Assembly: GCA_018396695.1 (NCBI GenBank)
Contig: JAGTQU010000006.1
Coordinates: 4,152 to 68,151 of the forward strand
Direction: 5' to 3'
Source: Candidatus Bathyarchaeota archaeon
GTDB lineage: Archaea; Thermoproteota; Bathyarchaeia; TCS64
DNA length: 64,000 nucleotides
Position numbers and translations under genes: made by a program. This document shows, piece by piece, positions 40,970-50,678 of the stretch. A model generated the notes under the pieces. That model searched no databases and was not told the DNA's origin. It worked only from the letters and a program-made list of their open reading frames with translations. The stretch's first letter is position 1; the number at the start of each line of letters is the position of its first letter.

Positions 40970-42418
40970 ATGGACACGGAAATCGAATTTTTCAATACAG
41001 TTAAGATCGCCGCTGAAAAACTAGTTGAGAGTTTAGTTGACCATAAATCTATACGTTTGATAATCCACAGCGATGCTGATGGCATAGCTGCAGGCGCGAT
41101 CCTCGCTCGTGCTCTTTCAAGACTCGAAATCGGATTTAAAGTCTCATGTGTTAACCGCATTGATGAATCTCTTATAGGGTCGATCATAGGAGATGAATGC
41201 TCTCTCATAATCTTCTCTGACATAGGTAGCGGGTATCTAGACGTATTAAAAGACCGTATGAAAGAGAAAGAGGTTATTGTGCTTGATCATCATGTCTATG
41301 TTGAAGCTAACTCAGATAATATTTTGCACGTAAACCCTATGATACAGGGGTTAGACGCTTCAAAAGGCGTAAGCGGGGCAGGGATATCCTATTTCTTCTC
41401 GAAAGAGGTTGATAAGAAGAATATTGACTTAAGCCCTCTTGGAATAGTCGGAGCCTTGGCAGACCAGCAAGATAAGGGAGAGAAAAAAAATCTTCTAGGA
41501 TTGAATTGTATAATAGAGTCAGATGCTAAAAATTCAGGGTTATTGGAGACTAGCATCGGTCTTCTCTTCTACGGCTATGAGACCCGCCCTATTGCAAAAG
41601 CTATAGCCTACACCACTAACCCTTTCATCCCTGGTTTAAGCGGTAGAGAGGATAAATGTTTAGCATTTCTTAAAGAGATCGGAGTAGAACTAAAGAGCGA
41701 AGGACGATGGAGGGCGGTTAGAGATCTAAGCGAAGAAGAAAAGCGTAAAGTCTTCTCAGCCTTGTCGAAACACATGGTCTTCGAAGGGTTCGACCCGAAG
41801 ACGGTGCACGAGCTCGTCGGGACAGTCTATACTTTTACGAGAGAAGATCCGTGGACTCCTATGAGGGACGGACGAGAATACGCATCGCTGCTCAATGCCT
41901 GTGCAAGAATGGATCGACCGAGTGTGGGTTTAGCAATAGGTTTAGGAGACAGGAATACCGCGTTCAATGAAGGAGAAGCTATCTTAGATGATTATCGGAA
42001 AAAAGTCTCAGAATATCTTGACTGGGTTCGAACAAATGGGAACATTGTCGAGTTAGAGAACGTCTACCTTCTTAGAGGAGACCAAAAAATAAACGATCGG
42101 ATCATCGGAGTTGTAGCGTCAATCCTATTATCTACAGGAGCACTTAAAAAGCAGATGCCCTTGATAGCCATCGCGAAATCTGATGGAAGATTGTTGAAGA
42201 TATCTGGACGCGCTACTGAGGAATTGGCGCATATGGAAGTGGACCTAGGTTCAGTTATGATGAAGGCAGCTATGAATGTCAATGGTAGAGGGGGAGGGCA
42301 CGACATAGCTGCGGGTGCTTACATCCCTGAATCAAGTGAGGAAGAGTTTCTCAGGATGATAGATGAATTTGTCGGAGACCAGAGAAAAATTGGAGTTCAT
42401 AGTGGAGATAAAGATTAA
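40970..42418 (+). CDS. DHH/DHHA1 phosphoesterase (archaeal RecJ-like)
   Basis: HSDADG, FSDIGSG, LDHH, GALADQQ, GGGH; rps15-DHH-pcc1 synteny. Confidence 0.88.
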   Translation: MDTEIEFFNTVKIAAEKLVESLVDHKSIRLIIHSDADGIAAGAILARALSRLEIGFKVSCVNRIDESLIGSIIGDECSLIIFSDIGSGYLDVLKDRMKEKEVIVLDHHVYVEANSDNILHVNPMIQGLDASKGVSGAGISYFFSKEVDKKNIDLSPLGIVGALADQQDKGEKKNLLGLNCIIESDAKNSGLLETSIGLLFYGYETRPIAKAIAYTTNPFIPGLSGREDKCLAFLKEIGVELKSEGRWRAVRDLSEEEKRKVFSALSKHMVFEGFDPKTVHELVGTVYTFTREDPWTPMRDGREYASLLNACARMDRPSVGLAIGLGDRNTAFNEGEAILDDYRKKVSEYLDWVRTNGNIVELENVYLLRGDQKINDRIIGVVASILLSTGALKKQMPLIAIAKSDGRLLKISGRATEELAHMEVDLGSVMMKAAMNVNGRGGGHDIAAGAYIPESSEEEFLRMIDEFVGDQRKIGVHSGDKD

Positions 42419-42638
42419 CTATCCTGATAAGGCTTCAGCCGAGTCTATTTTAAAGGCCATCTCGCCTGACAATCGTTCTGCTCCACCTGGCATAGAAATA
42501 AAGTCCGAAGTCTCAAAGAATGCGGTGAAGTTGTCTATTTCCTGCGTTAAGGGGCTAGGAAGCTTAATTTCTACAATTGATGATCTTCTCTCATGTATAC
42601 AAATAGCTGAAAAAGCTTTAAAAGGGATAATAAATTAG
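42363..42638 (+). CDS. pcc1: KEOPS complex subunit Pcc1
   Basis: AESILKAISPDN...SLISTIDDLLSCI; synteny. Confidence 0.8.
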   Translation: MNLSETREKLEFIVEIKINYPDKASAESILKAISPDNRSAPPGIEIKSEVSKNAVKLSISCVKGLGSLISTIDDLLSCIQIAEKALKGIIN

Positions 42639-42671
42639 CATAAATAGATAAATTTAGCTAGTTAGGTTCTC

Positions 42672-42908
42672 TATAATAGTTGTAGCGCGGATCACAGACC
42701 TTAACCGAGCGTCCCCGGTGCGGCAACATCGGCCGATCGATCCTAAGCACCGCGCGACTGCTTATAGGATCTTGTCGCCTTGCCTGTGCTCGTAAACATG
42801 AGATTCGCTCAGGCTAACCCGAGTAGTTCATCTTCCTTCAGCTTCCTTTCGGAGACTTCAGTCCGATGAGTCTCATGTCACGATTTTATCCGCGCTACAC
42901 CTATTATA
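42672..42908. ncRNA. Unassigned structured element (candidate ncRNA or MITE)
   Basis: 21-bp terminal inverted repeat with 1 mismatch, several internal helices, GC-rich within AT-rich flanks, no ORF. Confidence 0.5.
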
Positions 42909-42972
42909 AAGTATTGAGAAGTATTTTATCTTTCTGTTTAATGGAAACAATAATACTCTTTACTATGAATAG

Positions 42973-43535
42973 AACCTCAATAGATTTTTTGATATAAAAT
43001 AGTTAATAATGTCGCAATAATACATGACTAAAAATTTTTTTTACTCTAGAGATTTAAATGGGGTTTTAAAATTAGGCTCTTCAGTTTATATCCATCAATA
43101 GTATTTACCATGAAAATGCCGTCTATCTTCGTACTTCTTCTTCTAATCAAGCTTCGCAGATAGTCTCTTAGATACTCGTGTCCTTTGAAAACGGTTTTAG
43201 CTTGGTGACCATCAACGCTGGTTATCTGAAAGTAGAGTTTCAAATACTCTTGAGAGAAGTCCCCAGTTATTTGAGAGAGAGTCGTCTCTAGGACCCTCCC
43301 AACGATTTTGTTAGGATCCTCAGCAGGGGTCTCTCCTAATTTTGATTCCCCAAAGTAACGAGGAAGCTGCGCTTCAAACCACTCTTTCTGTCTCCACTTG
43401 TCTTTTACAGCTCTTGACAAAGCTCTTTTAAACCTCAATAGATTTTTTGATATAAAATAGTTAATAATGTCGCAATAATACATGACTAAAAATTTTTTTA
43501 CTCTAGAGATTTAAATGGGGTTTTAAAATTAGGCT
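42973..43535. repeat. ~105-bp direct repeat flanking an inverted partial copy of rps3ae
   Basis: 42973-43078 matches 43431-43535 except for one T in a T-run; 43078-43434 is the reverse complement of 43623-43979. Confidence 0.9.
43078..43434 (-). pseudogene. Inverted, 3'-truncated duplicate of rps3ae
   Basis: 357-bp reverse-complement copy; translation identical to eS1 up to DGYKLK. Confidence 0.75.
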
Positions 43536-43636
43536 TATATTTCAAAAACTGTGGTTGAATCCTGAGAAATCTCAGAAAGATATAAATTTTGGACAATCAA
43601 TTTCAAGTCATCAAACTATCGGGGTTTAAAAGAGCT

Positions 43637-44212
43637 TTGTCAAGAGCTGTAAAAGACAAGTGGAGACAGAAAGAGTGGTTTGAAGCGCAGCTTCCTCGTT
43701 ACTTTGGGGAATCAAAATTAGGAGAGACCCCTGCTGAGGATCCTAACAAAATCGTTGGGAGGGTCCTAGAGACGACTCTCTCTCAAATAACTGGGGACTT
43801 CTCTCAAGAGTATTTGAAACTCTACTTTCAGATAACCAGCGTTGATGGTCACCAAGCTAAAACCGTTTTCAAAGGACACGAGTATCTAAGAGACTATCTG
43901 CGAAGCTTGATTAGAAGAAGAAGTACGAAGATAGACGGCATTTTCATGGTAAATACTATTGATGGATATAAACTGAAGATCATTGTCGTGGCTCTGAGCC
44001 AGAAAAGGATCAAAACTTCTCAAGAGAAAAAGATTAGAAGCATCATGAAAAACATTGTTGAATCGAAAGCCAAGGTTTTAACCTTCGAGCAAATGGTTCA
44101 CGAAATCGTTCTAGGTAAACTCGCATCAGATATTTATAATGAGGCAAGAAAGATCACGAATTTGAGACATGTCGGTGTAAGAAAGTCTGAACTATTGGCA
44201 ATGCCAAATTAA
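43637..44212 (+). CDS. rps3ae: 30S ribosomal protein eS1 (S3Ae)
   Basis: VKDKW..KEW, GRVLETTL, DYLRSLIRRRSTKID, VRKSEL; TTG start at 43637 (the ORF track extends to 43589). Confidence 0.93.
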   Translation: MSRAVKDKWRQKEWFEAQLPRYFGESKLGETPAEDPNKIVGRVLETTLSQITGDFSQEYLKLYFQITSVDGHQAKTVFKGHEYLRDYLRSLIRRRSTKIDGIFMVNTIDGYKLKIIVVALSQKRIKTSQEKKIRSIMKNIVESKAKVLTFEQMVHEIVLGKLASDIYNEARKITNLRHVGVRKSELLAMPN

Positions 44213-44408
44213 TAAATCATGCTTATCTTCTCCCTATCCAAAACAGAGAATATGCACTACGAAATTGTATCATTTTAAACTCGTTAAGAGTTCTTATACA
44301 TGCGGGCTTTATGATGATAAATATAACTAACAATTATAATATTGAATATTTGAGCCAATATATTTAGAAGATCTCGATTTTCACGATGAGTGTTAAGGTG
44401 AATTACAA

Positions 44409-45770
44409 GTGGGGTCAAAGCTCTTCGGGTCCTCAGGCATCAGAGGCGTTGTAAATCTTGAAATAACTCCTTTACTGGCTATGCAAGCTGGATCAGCTTT
44501 AGCGTCAATATACAAAGGCGGATTATTCACTGTTGGGAGGGATTCAAGGTTGACTGGGAGGATGCTCCAATCCGGATTAATCTCTGGATTAATCTCTTGC
44601 GGTGCTCATGTTAAAACCCTTGGAGTGGTGCCAACTCCAACTGTAGCGTATCTTACAAGGGTTCTTGGTGGCTCGTCTGGGGTAAGTATAACTGCCTCTC
44701 ATAATCCTGCAGAATATAACGGGTTAAAATTCTTTGACTCCTCCGGGATGTCGTACACAGAGGATAAACAATGTGATGTCGAGAGAATCATGTTGAAAAG
44801 CCAGTTTTCCCTTAAAGGCTTTAATGAGATAGGCGACGCTGAGGAGGTTCATCTCGAACAACTCTATATCGACTCCATCTTGTCTTCGATAAACATACGT
44901 AAAAAATTAAGCATAATCTGCGAGATCTTCAACGGTGCTACTGGGGTTGTCCTCCCTAAGCTCTTGAAACTCGCAGGGTACGATTATAGACTATTAAATT
45001 GCCAACCTGATGGAAGGTTCATGTCAGGTAGTCCTGAACCAACTCGGGAAAATCTTCAGAGGCTCGCCGCCCTTGTTAAAGAGAAAGGAGCTGATTTAGG
45101 TTTCGGTTTTGATGGAGATGGGGATCGAATGGTGGTAGTTGATGAGAGAGGAGCTATACCTTCTCCCGATAGGGTGCTCGCTGCATATGCCAGACATGTG
45201 GTTGAGAAAGCCGGGGGTGGAATCATCGTAACTCACGTAGGGGCTTCAATGTGCGTAGACGAAGTAGTCAACAAGGCTGGAGGAAAAACCTTAAGAACAA
45301 AAGTGGGAGACGTCAGTATAGCAGAGTCGATTAAAAAGAATGGGGCCCTCTTCGGAGGCGAGCCTGTCGGAGCGTGGATCCATCCTAGTGTTCACATGTG
45401 TCCTGATGGTCTACTCTCCGCTTTTAAGTTGATAGAAGCCTTAGAAGAGGAAGGAGGAACATTGTCAAAATTCCTAGAAGGAGTTCCTCAATATTATCTA
45501 TTAGAAGAGAAGATTGACTGCCAAAACAGATTGAAGTCTTCTGTATCAACATGGATATCGCAAAATCATCGGAAGTTTATTAGCGAGGATGTAGAAATAA
45601 ACCTGATAGACGGGATACGTTTAGATCTAGAGAAGGGATGGATACTTATTAGGCCTTCGGGCACCGAACCAGTTATCAGAGCCACAGTCGAAGCTCATGA
45701 TTTAAGCGAAGCTGAGAGGCTTCTTGAGATAGGAAGAAGACTTATACATACTGCGTTAGAGGTTCAATAA
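44409..45770 (+). CDS. glmM: Phosphoglucosamine mutase/phosphohexomutase
   Basis: LFGSSGIRG, ITASHNP, FDGDGDR, IRPSGTEP. Confidence 0.88.
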   Translation: MGSKLFGSSGIRGVVNLEITPLLAMQAGSALASIYKGGLFTVGRDSRLTGRMLQSGLISGLISCGAHVKTLGVVPTPTVAYLTRVLGGSSGVSITASHNPAEYNGLKFFDSSGMSYTEDKQCDVERIMLKSQFSLKGFNEIGDAEEVHLEQLYIDSILSSINIRKKLSIICEIFNGATGVVLPKLLKLAGYDYRLLNCQPDGRFMSGSPEPTRENLQRLAALVKEKGADLGFGFDGDGDRMVVVDERGAIPSPDRVLAAYARHVVEKAGGGIIVTHVGASMCVDEVVNKAGGKTLRTKVGDVSIAESIKKNGALFGGEPVGAWIHPSVHMCPDGLLSAFKLIEALEEEGGTLSKFLEGVPQYYLLEEKIDCQNRLKSSVSTWISQNHRKFISEDVEINLIDGIRLDLEKGWILIRPSGTEPVIRATVEAHDLSEAERLLEIGRRLIHTALEVQ

Positions 45771-47060
45771 ATGAAGGCAGTTATTCTCGCAGCAGGGAAG
45801 GGGATTCGGTTCAAACCCTTCTCTCTAACGAAGCCTAAGCCTATGATCCCGATTGGCGGGAAGCCACTATTAGAGTGGATTCTAATTAGGCTTAGAGAAG
45901 CAGGCGTAAATGAAGTTTTGATAGTTACACACTATTTGGAGGATCTTATAAGAGAATATTTTAGAGATGGAGAAAAACTCGGTATAAAAATAGAATACTC
46001 TAGACAGGAGGCTCTGAAAGGGACTGCTGATGCGTTTGCTTTGATGGAGCCTTTTTCGCATGATGAAGAGTTCATCGGTTTATACGGAGACTGCTATCTA
46101 TCAGAGAGGACGATAGAGACTGTGATGAGGAACCATGAAGAGGGTTCAGCGACTCTAACTATCTTAGAGATGGATGACCCCTCTAATTACGGTGTAGTCA
46201 AACTTCGAGGAGACGTAGTTACAGGGATCGTTGAAAAACCTGGAATCTGTAATCTCGACGTAGTTACAGGGATCGTTGAAAAACCTGGAATCGGGGAATC
46301 TGCTAGTCACTATGCGAACGTTGGACTATACATCTTTCCTCCCGAGATTTTCCGCTGGATCAGGGATACTAAACCTTCTAAGAGGGGGGAATACGAGATT
46401 ACAGATTCCATTGAACTGATGGTGAAAAATGATTCAACTGTTCGCGCGGTTAAAATAACAGACGATATGTGGATCGATGTCGGTTTACCTTGGAATTTGC
46501 TCGATGCCAACATGCGAGCCTTAACCTCAATGAAAAGCGTAGTTGAAGGAGAGGTAGAAGAAGGCGCACATCTATCGGGCATGGTTAAAGTTGAGAGAGG
46601 TTCCAGGATCAGGTCGGGGGCATATATTGAGGGTCCAGTCTTCATAGGAAAAGACTGTGATATTGGTCCAAATTGCTATATACGCCCACATACGAGTATA
46701 GGTGCGAAAGTTAGAATAGGAAATGCTTGTGAGATAAAGAATAGTATAATAATGGATGGGACAAATATTTCACACCTCTCTTATATCGGAGACAGTGTAA
46801 TAGGTGAACGGTGTAATCTTGGGGCTGGCACGATCACCGCAAACCTTAGATTCGATAAGAAGACTGTGAAGGTTGAAATAGAGGGGAGGATTCTTGACTC
46901 TAAAAAAGGCAAGCTTGGGGCTTTTATAGGAGACGAAGCTCAGACAGGCGTAAACGTGAGTATTATGCCAGGAGTCAAGATAGGGTACAAATCCTGGATC
47001 GCTCCAGGGGTCACCGTCTATGGGAGTGTTCCTGAAAACACGTTTCTAAAAACCTCTTAA
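45771..47060 (+). CDS. glmU: Bifunctional sugar-1-phosphate nucleotidylyl/acetyltransferase (archaeal GlmU-like)
   Basis: ILAAGKG.R..P....PKPM, RGEYEITD, hexapeptide repeats, HLSYIGDS, GAGTITANLRFD. Confidence 0.87.
   Translation: MKAVILAAGKGIRFKPFSLTKPKPMIPIGGKPLLEWILIRLREAGVNEVLIVTHYLEDLIREYFRDGEKLGIKIEYSRQEALKGTADAFALMEPFSHDEEFIGLYGDCYLSERTIETVMRNHEEGSATLTILEMDDPSNYGVVKLRGDVVTGIVEKPGICNLDVVTGIVEKPGIGESASHYANVGLYIFPPEIFRWIRDTKPSKRGEYEITDSIELMVKNDSTVRAVKITDDMWIDVGLPWNLLDANMRALTSMKSVVEGEVEEGAHLSGMVKVERGSRIRSGAYIEGPVFIGKDCDIGPNCYIRPHTSIGAKVRIGNACEIKNSIIMDGTNISHLSYIGDSVIGERCNLGAGTITANLRFDKKTVKVEIEGRILDSKKGKLGAFIGDEAQTGVNVSIMPGVKIGYKSWIAPGVTVYGSVPENTFLKTS
46212..46292 (+). repeat. 36-bp in-frame direct repeat with 9-bp spacer inside glmU
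   Basis: 46212-46247 = 46257-46292 (DVVTGIVEKPGI twice); the junction 46241-46257 is the reverse complement of 46394-46410. Confidence 0.9.
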
Positions 47061-47108
47061 AGAAATGGATGATTGATTCAATAAGTTTATCTTTTTTTAT
47101 TCTAATTT

Positions 47109-47477
47109 TTGGATGGAATACGGATGGAAAAAGAACGCTTCAAAAAATTATTCCCCCATCTATATAAGGAGGTTGAAGGGGGAGTCGCTTACATATCTTT
47201 ATCGAGTGCTAAAAGCAGATCCGAAGTCAAAATAATTGAGTCGGGGAGCGCATGGTCAGGATACGAACCCGATGTCATAGATTTCATTAGAAGATGTAAG
47301 ACTATCGAACAGGCTGAAGAGATCATCACTTACATGGAGAATAGAAATGAGATCACTCATCAGAGAGCTAAAGAGCTTAGAATACAGTTACATAAAGATG
47401 GTCTCAGAAGCTTTGGTTCGCATAAGAGAGAAGGTTTCTATTATCGAGAAATACCCGGTTCTTCAGAAAGTGTTTAA
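47109..47477 (+). CDS. DUF2095 family protein
   Basis: FKKLFPHL, GYEPDVIDFIRRC, GLRSFG...GFY. Confidence 0.8.
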   Translation: MDGIRMEKERFKKLFPHLYKEVEGGVAYISLSSAKSRSEVKIIESGSAWSGYEPDVIDFIRRCKTIEQAEEIITYMENRNEITHQRAKELRIQLHKDGLRSFGSHKREGFYYREIPGSSESV

Positions 47478-47513
47478 ACTCCTTTTCTACTATCATCTAC
47501 CTGCTGATGATGA

Positions 47514-48722
47514 TTGACCCGTCTAGTAGGGCTAGTTGGGAAAGCTAACGTAGGTAAGAGCACTTTTTTTGCGGCTGCAACTATGAAGTCCGTTGAGATC
47601 GCGGGCTTTCCATTCACGACAATAAAAGCTAATAGAGGAGTAGCCTATGTTAGCGCTAAATGTGTATGCCAAGAGTTAGGTGTTAAAGATCAGCCTGTAA
47701 ACTCGGCTTGCATCGATGGTGTCAGACTTATCCCTGTTGAGGTTGTGGATTGTCCTGGATTGATACGGGGGGCCCATCAAGGTAAGGGTCTAGGAAATCA
47801 GTTCCTCGACGAAGTTAGGCGGGCAGATGCTCTTATAATTTTATGTGATGCTGCTGGCGCTACCGATGAGAATGGTCAACCTGTAGCTAGTGGCACCTTT
47901 GATCCCGTAGATGATGTCCAGATGTTTGAATCTGAATTCACTTTATGGCTCTTAGGCATAATTAAGAAAGACTGGGATAAAATTGTGAGAACCGCTGAGG
48001 CTGCTAGAGAAGAAGTTGGGAAATATTTAGAGGAAAAAGTTACTGGTTTAGGCATCAACAGGATGCATATCTCCATCGCCATAGAGAAAACTGGTCTAGA
48101 TCCGTACAAGGTGAGGAGCTGGTCTTCCGAAGATTTAAATCGATTCGTATCTGAACTGAAGAAAGCTTCTAAACCCTTCATCGTTGCGGCTAACAAGGCG
48201 GATAAAGAGCCTGCTGAAGATAATATAAAACGTTTAAGAGAATTTGGCTATAATGTTGTTCCCACATGCGCTGAAGCAGAGCTAGCGTTAAGAAAGGCTG
48301 CAGCTTCAGGTATAATCAAGTATACCCCTGGAGATGCTGACTTCGAGGTCATCGCTACAACTCTCTCAGAGACTCAGAGGAAGGCTTTAGAATTTATTAG
48401 GGGGAAGGTATTCAAGCGCTGGGGCGGTACTGGTGTCCAAAAAGCGATAAACGCTGCCTTCTACCAACTTTTGGATGCTATAAACGTCTATCCTGTAGAA
48501 GATGCTGAGAAACTAACAGACCACTGGGGGAGGGTTCTGCCTGACTGCTACCTTGTTCCTAAAGGGACTACTGCAAAGCAGTTTGCAGGTCTCATCCACT
48601 CAGATCTTGCTGAGGGGTTCATCTATGCCATCGATGCGAAGACGAAGAGAAAGCTCGGGGAGGATTATGTTCTTAAAAACAACGATGTCATCCAAATAGT
48701 GTCGGCGAAGGGGAGAAAATAA
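47514..48722 (+). CDS. ychF: Archaeal YchF/Obg-family ATPase with TGS domain
   Basis: GKANVGKSTFF, FPFTTI, GAHQGKGLGNQFLD, ANKAD, IHSDL. Confidence 0.88.
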   Translation: MTRLVGLVGKANVGKSTFFAAATMKSVEIAGFPFTTIKANRGVAYVSAKCVCQELGVKDQPVNSACIDGVRLIPVEVVDCPGLIRGAHQGKGLGNQFLDEVRRADALIILCDAAGATDENGQPVASGTFDPVDDVQMFESEFTLWLLGIIKKDWDKIVRTAEAAREEVGKYLEEKVTGLGINRMHISIAIEKTGLDPYKVRSWSSEDLNRFVSELKKASKPFIVAANKADKEPAEDNIKRLREFGYNVVPTCAEAELALRKAAASGIIKYTPGDADFEVIATTLSETQRKALEFIRGKVFKRWGGTGVQKAINAAFYQLLDAINVYPVEDAEKLTDHWGRVLPDCYLVPKGTTAKQFAGLIHSDLAEGFIYAIDAKTKRKLGEDYVLKNNDVIQIVSAKGRK

Positions 48723-48820
48723 CGGGGTTTCTCAGTTTCCAGGGTGCGTCAGGTTCAATAGACTGCGTAAGACATTCGTTGACTAGTATTCCTTATATTC
48801 CTTTAAAAGTTTAAGAGTAG

Positions 48821-49780
48821 TTGGGTATCGTTATGCAACTTAAGTCTCATTCATGTTTAGGAAGGGTTCTTGTTTGCGATTCTATTCATGATGAAGGTAT
48901 CAGAATCTTAGAGGATTCAGGCTTTAAAGTCGATTTTAAGCCTTTAATAAAGGCTGAGGAGCTTATAAGTGAAGTTTCCAAATATGATGCACTGGTGGTT
49001 CGAAGTAGAACGAGGGTCACTAAGCCAATACTAGAGGCTGGCGAAAACCTTAAAGTTGTTGCTAGAGCCGGCGTAGGCTTAGATAATATAGATGTGGAGG
49101 CCGCAACCAAGCGGGGTATTATCGTTATAAACTCGCCTGAGGCTCCATCGAACGCTGTAGCTGAACTCGTTATCGGTTTGATGCTGTCTCTCGCTAGGAA
49201 GATACCTGAAGCTGATGCCAGTGTTAAACAGGGTGAGTGGATCAAGAATAGGCTCACAGGGTTCGAGTTGAAGAATAAAATTCTAGGCATAATAGGGTTC
49301 GGAAAAATAGGCTACCTAGTCGCTAAAAAGGCTAAGGCTTTTGACATGAGGGTTCTAATTCATGACGTTATTATAGAAGAATTAATGAATCAGGTCAGAG
49401 AGGTTGGTGGTGAGGCAGTATCCTTCGAGGAGGTTTTATCAATCTCAGACTTCGTAACACTCCATATACCTCTAACTCCTGATACGAGGTATCTTATAGG
49501 GGAAAAGGAGTTTGGCAAAATGAAAGGTAGCGCGTATCTCATCAACACTTCACGCGGAGCTATAGTGGATGAAGCGGCTTTAGTCAAAGCCTTAAAGGCA
49601 GGGAAGATCGCTGGGGCAGCACTAGACGTTTATGAAGAGGAGCCGCCTAAAAGAAAAGAGTTGACAGAATTGAAGAATGTGATCTGCACTCCTCACATCG
49701 GGGCTGAAACCGTCGAGGCGCAGAGGGCTAACTCAGTTATCGTTGCTGAGAAGTTAATTAAATTATTTAAAAAAGGCTAG
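48821..49780 (+). CDS. serA: D-2-hydroxyacid dehydrogenase, probable D-3-phosphoglycerate dehydrogenase
   Basis: VVRSRT, RAGVGLDNID, GIIGFGKIG, INTSRG, TPHIGAET.EAQ. Confidence 0.8.
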   Translation: MGIVMQLKSHSCLGRVLVCDSIHDEGIRILEDSGFKVDFKPLIKAEELISEVSKYDALVVRSRTRVTKPILEAGENLKVVARAGVGLDNIDVEAATKRGIIVINSPEAPSNAVAELVIGLMLSLARKIPEADASVKQGEWIKNRLTGFELKNKILGIIGFGKIGYLVAKKAKAFDMRVLIHDVIIEELMNQVREVGGEAVSFEEVLSISDFVTLHIPLTPDTRYLIGEKEFGKMKGSAYLINTSRGAIVDEAALVKALKAGKIAGAALDVYEEEPPKRKELTELKNVICTPHIGAETVEAQRANSVIVAEKLIKLFKKG

Positions 49781-50487
49781 AGGTCGTCGTAATAGTCTTC
49801 GATCCTGTTCGAAAAATAGTACTGTACGAGAAATCTAATATATCTTTGCAAGTATTTGCCGTAAGACCATTTTCTAAGCCTCCTTGGAGATGTCCAGATC
49901 GTTATCTTTGGAGTAACTATATACTTGCCAAGCCTTCTTATCCTAAGGGATAAGTCTAGGTCTTCGCATGCGTTGAGGTCTTCTCGGAAACCGCCTACCT
50001 TTATGAAACTGTTTTTTCGATAGGAGTGGCAGGAGAAGTAACTCAACTCGTGTAAGCCTATCCTATTGGAGAATCTGGCTAGAATGTTATTCATCTCGTA
50101 CATTATGTTTTCTATGCTATTACCTTGGAACGGCAGGATCCTGCACGCTATACCTACAATGCTAGGTGTTTCATAATAATCGTTCAATAATCCAAGACAA
50201 TTAGGCTCTAAAATCATGTCAGCATCCAAGAAGAGAAGAATGTCTCCCTCCGCAACATCCGATCCTCTGTTCTTAGCTATGCTGACATCATGTGGTTTAG
50301 TCTTTTCTACTTTTATGACCTGAAATCCATACAGCTCCGCTATCTCTCTAGTTCTGTCCTTGCTTCCCCCGTCAACGATTACAACTTCAAAATTTTTATA
50401 CGTCTGGTTTATGATGGATTGAAGGCATATTCCTAAATTCTTCTCCTCATTTAGTGTGGGGATGATGATGGAAAACCTGTTAATCAT
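49777..50487 (-). CDS. Glycosyltransferase family 2
   Basis: SIIIPTLNEE, VDGGSKD, FLDAD, GGF.E...EDLDL. Confidence 0.88.
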   Translation of the reverse strand: MINRFSIIIPTLNEEKNLGICLQSIINQTYKNFEVVIVDGGSKDRTREIAELYGFQVIKVEKTKPHDVSIAKNRGSDVAEGDILLFLDADMILEPNCLGLLNDYYETPSIVGIACRILPFQGNSIENIMYEMNNILARFSNRIGLHELSYFSCHSYRKNSFIKVGGFREDLNACEDLDLSLRIRRLGKYIVTPKITIWTSPRRLRKWSYGKYLQRYIRFLVQYYFSNRIEDYYDDL

Positions 50488-50678
50488 TTGGAATTTACCT
50501 CAAATTTTCTTGTCTTATCCACTCTCCACAATAATTCATCAACATATTTTTGCAGCCTCAATAGGCTAGTGCTAATCCTTCGAATCGTATATGTTTAGAA
50601 AACGTATAAACTCAATATTTGAAATTTACCTTAAAAGTAAGAAAATTTATGATACTAATTCTTGTGAATCTTTTCGAG

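Noticed and set aside
42672-42908. Assignment of the structured element as SRP or RNase P RNA
   Set aside because: Only a loose GCGTCCCC...GCCGAT resemblance to the SRP Alu domain; no helix-8 or P4 consensus, and too short for SRP.
43046-43483. 145-aa second eS1 gene
   Set aside because: Product of the inverted duplication; both ends come from non-coding repeat sequence.
48723-48820. Possible C/D box sRNA (two CTGA boxes on the minus strand)
   Set aside because: No convincing C box or terminal stem.
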